A stretch of DNA of 64,000 bases from the NCBI GenBank assembly GCA_965224245.1, contig OZ245046.1, positions 3,680,001 through 3,744,000 of the forward strand. The letters are read 5' to 3'. Below, piece after piece: positions 57,996 to 64,000 of this stretch. The position numbers were made by a program, and so were the translations under genes. Position 1 is the stretch's first letter. Each line of letters begins with the position of its first letter. The notes under the pieces are model-generated. The model made no database searches and had not been told where the DNA came from. It saw only the letters and a list, made by a program, of their open reading frames with translations. Source of the DNA: Candidatus Eiseniibacteriota bacterium. GTDB taxonomy: Bacteria; Eisenbacteria; RBG-16-71-46; CAZAMP01.

Positions 57996-59378
57996 ATGCG
58001 ACCGATCCGCCCCATCACGACCTGGATCTTGCCGGCCGCGATCGCGCTGGCCCCGGTGACTGACGCCATGGCCCGGGACGCCGGGGCCGCCGACCTGACC
58101 GAAGGCGGCTCGACCACCGGCGAGGCCGCGGCGTCGGCGTTCGCGTCGGCGTTCTTCCGGGGCGATCGCGTCGCGTTCGCGGACCGGCTCTCGGAGGACA
58201 TGTCCGACGCGCTCGACGATGCACAGTACCGATCGCTCCTGGCGTCGCTCGCGGACCAGCTCGGCGCGCTGGAGTCGATCGGCGCGCCCTGGCCGGAGTC
58301 CGACGTGCAGGGCTTCCAGCGCTATCGGATCCCCCTGGCCTTCGCCGCCGACACGCTGGACATGCGCCTCGTCTTCGACGGCGCCGGCGACGTGGCGGGC
58401 CTCTTCTTCGTCCCCCATCTCGCGCGGCCGAGCGGCCCCGAGCCGGAAGCACCGGTGCGCGAGGAGGACGTGATCATCGGCGGCGATCCGGAGACCGGCC
58501 TCGGCGGAACGCTGTCGTTGCCCGACGGCCCCGGTCCGTTTCCGGCCCTGGTGCTCGTGCACGGATCGGGGCCGAACGACCGGGACGAGACGATCGGGCC
58601 CAACAAACCGTTTCGGGACCTCGCCTGGGGGCTCGCCACACGCGGCGTCGCCGTCTTGCGCTACGACAAGCGATCGTACGCGAGGCCCGAGACGCTGCAG
58701 CCGCTGGGCACCTCCCTGACCGTGGCCGAGGAGGTGATCGACGACGCGCTCGACGCGGTGCGCGTCGTCAGCGCGACCCCGGGGATCGACGCGACGCGTG
58801 TGTTCCTGTGCGGACACAGCCTCGGTGGCACGCTGGCCCACCGGATCGCCGCGACGGACGGCGTGATCGCCGGCGTCATCGTGCTCGCCGGGGCCACGCT
58901 TCCCCTGCCCGAGAAGATCGTCGAACAGACCTGGTACATCGCCAACGTCGACGGCGTCGTGACCGAGCACGAGCAGCGGAGCTACGACGCAACCCGGCAG
59001 GCCGCCGAGACGATCCGCCGCGCGCTGGACGGCGAGATCCCCGAGCCCGAGGGGCCGCTCCTGGGCGCCCCGGTCGGCTACTACCGGGATCTGGGCGCAC
59101 ACGACCCGGTCGATCTCGCCTGGCGTCTCCGACTGCCGACGCTCGTGTTGCAGGGCGATCGGGACTATCAGGTGACGCTGGCCGACTTCTCGCGCTGGGA
59201 GGAGCTCCGGGGCGAGGCGTTCGCATGCCTCGTCCGGTATCCGGATCTCGACCACCTGTTCCACGCCGGCGAAGGACCGTCGCAGCCCATCGACTACGAG
59301 CGCCCCGCCCCCGTCGATGCCCGCGTGATCGACGACATGGCCGCGTGGATCGAACAGGGGACCTGCCGGTCCCGCTGA
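57996..59378 (+). CDS. Secreted alpha/beta hydrolase with N-terminal DUF3887-like domain
   Basis: VHGSGPNDRDE, LRYDKR, GHSLGG nucleophile, QGDRDYQV and LDHLF. Confidence 0.88.
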   Translation: MRPIRPITTWILPAAIALAPVTDAMARDAGAADLTEGGSTTGEAAASAFASAFFRGDRVAFADRLSEDMSDALDDAQYRSLLASLADQLGALESIGAPWPESDVQGFQRYRIPLAFAADTLDMRLVFDGAGDVAGLFFVPHLARPSGPEPEAPVREEDVIIGGDPETGLGGTLSLPDGPGPFPALVLVHGSGPNDRDETIGPNKPFRDLAWGLATRGVAVLRYDKRSYARPETLQPLGTSLTVAEEVIDDALDAVRVVSATPGIDATRVFLCGHSLGGTLAHRIAATDGVIAGVIVLAGATLPLPEKIVEQTWYIANVDGVVTEHEQRSYDATRQAAETIRRALDGEIPEPEGPLLGAPVGYYRDLGAHDPVDLAWRLRLPTLVLQGDRDYQVTLADFSRWEELRGEAFACLVRYPDLDHLFHAGEGPSQPIDYERPAPVDARVIDDMAAWIEQGTCRSR

Positions 59379-59434
59379 CGCCGGGATCGCCCATGCGTCC
59401 CCGCCCGCGCGATCGAGAACCAGATCTACAGCGC

Positions 59435-59713
59435 GCGATCGCCGGGTGCGCCGGCATGCTGCCGTTCGTCGACAATGCGGACATTCACCACTCGCAGTGC
59501 GGCATCTTCACCCCCAGCGACTTTCCGTTCGCTCGGGACGTGGTGGCCAGCGAGAGCATGCCGAACACCGAGACCGTCGTCGTGCACGACGTCGATCTCG
59601 AGCTTCTCCGGCGCAATCGCCAGGCCGGAACCGTCCGTCCCTGGACCGATCGCATCAAGGACGTGTACGCCGTCCGCTACACCGACCCCGAGCTGGGTCC
59701 GATCGAGTACTGA
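59435..59713 (+). pseudogene. C-terminal remnant of a carbon-nitrogen hydrolase (nitrilase family)
   Basis: AIAGCAG.LPFVDNADIH..Q.GIFTPSDFPFARD....E..PNTE.V...DVDLELLR...GTV..W.DR. The catalytic N-terminal part is absent. Confidence 0.72.
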
Positions 59714-59728
59714 GCGGTCGCGCGGGCC

Positions 59729-60007
59729 ATGGACCTCATCCAGAGTCGTCGCGGCCGCGCGTTCCTTCTCGCGCTCCTCTACTTCGCCGAGGGCGCACCC
59801 ATCGGGTGGCTCTGGTGGGCGCTTCCCACGCGACTTCGGGCCGCGGGGGCGCCGCTGGACGAGGTCAACGGGATCGCGACCGGGCTCGGCGGCGACGTCG
59901 GTCCGGAGTCCTACGCCGGGGCGTGGCTCGTCCTGGCGGGTGTGGCGCTCCTGGGACTGATCGCGCCGCCGCGGACCCGCCCCCCGTCCGAGCCCCTACC
60001 GAGGTGA
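59729..60007 (+). pseudogene. Internally deleted MFS transporter (AmpG-like) remnant
   Basis: First helix LYFAEGAPIGWLWWALP.RLR joined directly to a last-helix-like segment; only 92 aa. Confidence 0.6.
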
Positions 60008-61123
60008 CGGCACCTCGCCGGGCGCGCGGGCCCCGGAGTTCCGGTGGCACCACATGCAGGCGCGCCCGAAGCCGTGGTCGGCGCCCTCGCTGTAGTGGCA
60101 CTTGACGCACAGCGCGCGCTGGTCGGGATGCGGGTACGGACTCGGAATCGGATATGACCCCGAGGCCGCGCCGTCGTCGGCGAGGAATCGCACGTTGGGA
60201 TCCCATCGGGTGGCGGCCGGCCCGCTGGAGGCGTGCGCCCGGTGGCAGGTCAGGCAGGTCAGTCGACTCGTCGACGACGCTCCGGTCGTGCCCGACACGG
60301 TGGCTCCGGGATCCTCCAGCGCGACCTCGGGGATGTAGGCGGTCGCGGCGTCTCCCCCGCCGGGATCGGTGGGGCCGGCGTAGGCGTTGTACGCGTCACG
60401 CACCGCGGAGCCCAGCAGCGCCGAGACCGGATGTTCGAACCCTCCGCCGCCTTCACGGTGAACGCTCGCATGACAGTTCCCGCACCAGTCGCTGACGCCG
60501 CGCCGGTAGGCCGTGTGGTTCGTCGGGGACTCTCGATCGGCGTACAGGTCGATGCCGATCGCATCGGGCGCCCCGGCGGTGAAGGCGAACCCCGAGGCGT
60601 CGGTGGAGCCGGCATCGCGCAGCATCCGGAACCGGGGGTTGCCGTGAGGGTCGTGACAGCTCGTGCACGTCAGGTCGGCGGACGCGTAGGTTCCTCCCGG
60701 GGCCGTCGCATGCCGGGGATCGACCGGGATCCCCCAGCTCGCGCTGGCCACGTTGTGGCCGGCATGACTTCCGTCGATCGGCGAGAGGCCGCCACCGATC
60801 CCGTCGTTCAGGTTGTCCTCGTAGAGAAACGTGAAGTTGCCCGCGCCGCGCTCCAGAGGAGGAGCGGTGGGATCGACACCGAGCACCGCACCGTTCTCGG
60901 TGGCGTGACAGGCGAGACAGACGTCCGTGCTGGTTGCGTGACGCAGCAGGAACGGGGCGCCGAAGGGGTCGTCGGGATCGACCGGAAGGCCGTCCTCGCT
61001 CCCGTGCATCGTATGACAGCCCGCACAGCTGGCTACCCCGCCGTCGTGAAACGCGGAGACGGGCCCCGACGGGAGACCCGCGAGAACGACGGCCGATAGC
61101 GCGCCCGCGAGCCGTGTCGTCAT
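59996..61123 (-). CDS. Secreted OmcS-like multiheme c-type cytochrome with seven CxxCH motifs
   Basis: Signal peptide, then FHDGGVASCAGCHTMH. Heme motifs CAGCH, CLACH, CTSCH, CGNCH, CLTCH, CVKCH and CMWCH. Confidence 0.9.
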   Translation of the reverse strand: MTTRLAGALSAVVLAGLPSGPVSAFHDGGVASCAGCHTMHGSEDGLPVDPDDPFGAPFLLRHATSTDVCLACHATENGAVLGVDPTAPPLERGAGNFTFLYEDNLNDGIGGGLSPIDGSHAGHNVASASWGIPVDPRHATAPGGTYASADLTCTSCHDPHGNPRFRMLRDAGSTDASGFAFTAGAPDAIGIDLYADRESPTNHTAYRRGVSDWCGNCHASVHREGGGGFEHPVSALLGSAVRDAYNAYAGPTDPGGGDAATAYIPEVALEDPGATVSGTTGASSTSRLTCLTCHRAHASSGPAATRWDPNVRFLADDGAASGSYPIPSPYPHPDQRALCVKCHYSEGADHGFGRACMWCHRNSGARAPGEVPSPR

Positions 61124-61169
61124 GCCACGGGATCTCATCGCGTGGGGATCCCGGCGCCCAATCCGTGCA

Positions 61170-61742
61170 TCAGCCGGTGCTCCCGGTCGACCCGGCGCGG
61201 CGAACGACCGATTCGAGGCGTCCGGCGAGCGTGTCCTCGCTCGGTCCCGACGTCAGGAGGAGCACGAGCGACACCATGGCGAACGGTACGACCACCATGA
61301 ACGCGTAGGTGATGAACACGAGCACGAGTCCGATCACGGAGACCAGCTCCTGGACGGCCCACACGATCACGAACGACTGCTGCAGCCGTGCCAGCGCGCT
61401 GACCATCGGGCGGGCGACCTCGGACACGCCGGTGAGATCCGCTCTCTTCGGCGGGCTCGACACCGCGGCAATCAGTGCCTCGTCGTCGGTGAGACGGCTC
61501 CGGAGCCGTATCGAAACCACCGCCAGCACGGCCGCGGCCGCCAGCCCGATCCCCAGCATGCTCGTCGGCGAAAGCGGAAGCCCGGCGGCGATCTCCTCGC
61601 GGCGCTCCGGCGAGACGTTCATCGTGACCAGGTAGGCCACCAGCGTGTACAGCAGCGGCGCGGACGAGAACGCCAGCCAGATCGTGCGAAGCGCCCTGAA
61701 CCGTGGTGAGAAGACGTCCCTCAGCTCTTCGGCCAGTGTCAT
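61170..61742 (-). CDS. Hypothetical membrane protein (about four TM helices)
   Basis: 190-aa ORF with hydrophobic helices, 46 nt upstream of the cytochrome on the same strand. Confidence 0.65.
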   Translation of the reverse strand: MTLAEELRDVFSPRFRALRTIWLAFSSAPLLYTLVAYLVTMNVSPERREEIAAGLPLSPTSMLGIGLAAAAVLAVVSIRLRSRLTDDEALIAAVSSPPKRADLTGVSEVARPMVSALARLQQSFVIVWAVQELVSVIGLVLVFITYAFMVVVPFAMVSLVLLLTSGPSEDTLAGRLESVVRRAGSTGSTG

Positions 61743-61929
61743 CGTGCGCCCCCCCGGCTCTCGTCCTCATATGTCGACGGTAACACCGCAATTTACCGCC
61801 GGTGGGCATCGGCTCGCAAGACGACGCGCCGGCGACGAGACCGTGGGGACGGCAGACGGTCGTGCATGCGGTACAATGCCGTCTTCGCGAGGCTTTCAGG
61901 AGGTGCACGTCCCGCGCCGGAGCCCGACC

Positions 61930-64000
61930 TTGTCGCTTGCCCCCGAAGACATTCTCGACGCCGCACTCGCCCTGCCGGCCGGTGAACGGTCCGCGTATGT
62001 GGAGTCGAGGTGCGGCGACGATTCCGAGCTGCGTCGCCGGATCGAGCGCCTGATCGGCCTGCACGCGCGCTTCCCCGAGCCACCCCGGCCTCCGGATCGG
62101 CAGGCACGGCGCGCGCCGCGCGTCACGTCCGTGGCCGGATACGTGATTCGCGGCGAGCTCGGTCGCGGCGGCATGGGCCGGGTGCTCCTGGCCGAGGATC
62201 CCGAGCTCGGCCGCGAGGTCGCGATCAAGATGCTACCCGACGCGCTGGCCCGCGATCCCGATCGCATCCGGCGGTTTCGTCGCGAGGCGAGAACGCTGGC
62301 CGGACTTCGTCATCCCGGCATCGCGATCATCCATCGTTTCGGCGTCGACGGCGAGCATCCCTACCTCGTGATGGAGTGCGTTCCCGGCAAGACGCTCGGG
62401 GAGCGAATCGCCGCCGGCCTCGAGCCCGACGAGGCCATCGCGATCGTGGCCCAGGCGGCGGATGCGCTCGCCGCGGCTCACGACGCCGGCGTCGTCCATC
62501 GCGACGTCACGCCGGCCAACGTTCTCGTGGGCCCGGACAGTTCGGTCAAGCTCGTGGACTTCGGTCTGGCGAAAGCGCCGGACGAGACGGCCACCGGAGA
62601 GAGGCCGGCCGCGTCGGCCGGCGTGATCGGAAGCCCCGGATACACGAGTCCCGAGCAGCTGCGCGGCCAGCCCATCGACGCGCGCTCGGATCTGTGGTCG
62701 CTCGGCTGCGTCCTGTTCGAGTGTCTGGCCGGCCGGCCCGCGTTTCCCGGAGACGTGGCGCTGGAGCGCCTGATGGCCGTCTGGTACGACGAGCCGGACT
62801 GGGCGGCCTTGCCCGAGGCGGCGGCCCGGTGCTGGCGCCCCCTTCTCGAACGTTGCCTGGCCAAGGCCCCCGAGGACCGACCGGCGAGCGCGGCCGAGGT
62901 CGCGCGCGAGCTTCGAGGGACCCCCGGTTCGCCCCCCGGCCCGCCTCCTCGCCACAGATCGCTCGTGCCATCACGCGTCGCAACGGCGGTGGGACTCGTC
63001 GTGATCGGGGTGGTGAGCGTGCTCGTGTGGTCGTCTCGCCGTCCGGGACCGGTCACGCCTCCGGTCGAGCGCGCGGTCGCGACGAGACAGATCACCTTCG
63101 ACGGTCTCCCGAAGCGAGCCGCGATCTCGCCCGACGGCGACCTCGTCGCCCTCAGCGCCGGCGGCACCCAGCTGATGTTCCTCGATCTCGAGACGGATGC
63201 GCGGGTGCGGTCGGCTCGATTCGGATCGATCCGGGATCTCTTCTGGACTCGCGACGGGCGGGAGCTGGTCGTCGTCGGCAACGAGGAGACCCGGGGGCGG
63301 CGGCTGGTCACGCACGTCGTCTCGCGGGGCGATTCGGTGGCCCGTCGCGTCGGGCCACCGGGCTTCGTCGCGTGCGATGCCTCACCGGACCGACGCCGAT
63401 TCATCGGCTACGACACGCGATCGGCGGATCCGGACCACATCGCGCTCCTGGATCGGGACACCGGTGTCATCACGAGCCTCGCGTATCCACCCGGCCTGCG
63501 CGGCCGACCGGACGTTCACTGGTCTCCGGCCGCCGACCTCTTGCTGGTGGGAGGCGCGGGCGCCGACAGCGTGCGGGCCGCGGCCTGGGTCGTTCCCGTC
63601 GGCAGGGGTGAGCGCCGGCGCGTCGAGACCGGCGACGGAAGCCGTGGCTGGGCGTGGTCGCGCGACGGCACCGAGATCTACTATCGATCCGGTGGGAACG
63701 CGTTGATGGCGCTCCCGGTGGATCCCCGGAGCGGGCGCACTCGGGGTCGGGCGCGCGTCCTTCTCGATCGGTGTCCCGAGTCCGTGTCGCTGTCGTCGTC
63801 GATCCCCGCGCGGGCGGTGTTCGTGCGCACGTTCTCGTCGGCCAATCTCTGGTGGGCCGAGCGCGACGACGCCGACGGATCGGCGCCGATCGGCTGGACG
63901 CGCTTGACGAGCGGCACCTGGTCCGAGCGAGGATGCCGGCTCTCCCCCGACGGCCGCCGGGCGGTGTTCGTGCGTGCGGACCGCCATCCCGACCTGTTCG
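61930..64000 (+). CDS. Ser/Thr protein kinase with TM segment and TolB/PD40-like repeats, runs off the right edge
   Basis: Manual translation: LGRGGMGRV, VAIK, HRDVTPAN, DFGLAK, GSPGYTSPEQ, SDLWSLG, then ISPDG, WSP and WSRDG repeats. Start TTG 61930 (GGAG upstream) or GTG 61903. Confidence 0.85.
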   Translation, partial: MSLAPEDILDAALALPAGERSAYVESRCGDDSELRRRIERLIGLHARFPEPPRPPDRQARRAPRVTSVAGYVIRGELGRGGMGRVLLAEDPELGREVAIKMLPDALARDPDRIRRFRREARTLAGLRHPGIAIIHRFGVDGEHPYLVMECVPGKTLGERIAAGLEPDEAIAIVAQAADALAAAHDAGVVHRDVTPANVLVGPDSSVKLVDFGLAKAPDETATGERPAASAGVIGSPGYTSPEQLRGQPIDARSDLWSLGCVLFECLAGRPAFPGDVALERLMAVWYDEPDWAALPEAAARCWRPLLERCLAKAPEDRPASAAEVARELRGTPGSPPGPPPRHRSLVPSRVATAVGLVVIGVVSVLVWSSRRPGPVTPPVERAVATRQITFDGLPKRAAISPDGDLVALSAGGTQLMFLDLETDARVRSARFGSIRDLFWTRDGRELVVVGNEETRGRRLVTHVVSRGDSVARRVGPPGFVACDASPDRRRFIGYDTRSADPDHIALLDRDTGVITSLAYPPGLRGRPDVHWSPAADLLLVGGAGADSVRAAAWVVPVGRGERRRVETGDGSRGWAWSRDGTEIYYRSGGNALMALPVDPRSGRTRGRARVLLDRCPESVSLSSSIPARAVFVRTFSSANLWWAERDDADGSAPIGWTRLTSGTWSERGCRLSPDGRRAVFVRADRHPDLF

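Noticed and set aside
62497-62520. Kinase catalytic loop HRDVTPAN lacking the usual Lys (possible pseudokinase)
   Set aside because: The catalytic Asp and Asn, the VAIK Lys and DFG are intact, and S/T at this position occurs in other bacterial kinases.
1-64000. CRISPR arrays, tRNA/rRNA genes, transposases, integrases, prophage genes
   Set aside because: I saw no regularly spaced repeats, tRNA T-arm signatures or recognisable mobile-element proteins by eye. A covariance-model scan was not possible.

Overview
This is a high-GC bacterial chromosomal window with about 50 genes. I saw no rRNA, tRNA, CRISPR array, integrase or transposase. Five secreted proteins end in a FlgD-Ig/T9SS-like C-terminal domain and one ends in SWGxxKxLF, which suggests an FCB-affiliated lineage such as Eisenbacteria, Krumholzibacteriota or Latescibacterota (inference). 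Housekeeping content: ricT/PSP1, holB, an S4 protein, surA and a complete eight-gene heme operon (hemA-hemCD-hemB-hemL-hemE-hemN-hemH-hemY). Accessory content: two ECF sigma/anti-sigma pairs, two Ser/Thr kinases with beta-propellers, Fe-S and FAD oxidoreductases, a ThDP enzyme/ALDH pair, an ArsR-SRPBCC pair and large secreted repeat proteins. Best leads: (1) a signal-peptide-bearing multiheme cytochrome collinear with the Geobacter nanowire protein OmcS but with a seventh C-terminal CxxCH, about 2 kb from the heme operon; (2) the heme operon has a Leptospira-like layout and a perfect TGACA-N6-TGACA (HemR-type) box upstream of hemA; (3) a structured intergenic element whose 27-bp stem mismatches are G-U pairs only on the minus strand; (4) a probable 2-oxoglutarate decarboxylase/succinic semialdehyde dehydrogenase TCA bypass; (5) an ftsE-ftsX-envC locus collapsed into a chimeric remnant. 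Several single-base homopolymer frameshifts may be sequencing errors. All family assignments come from motif recognition by eye, not from database searches.
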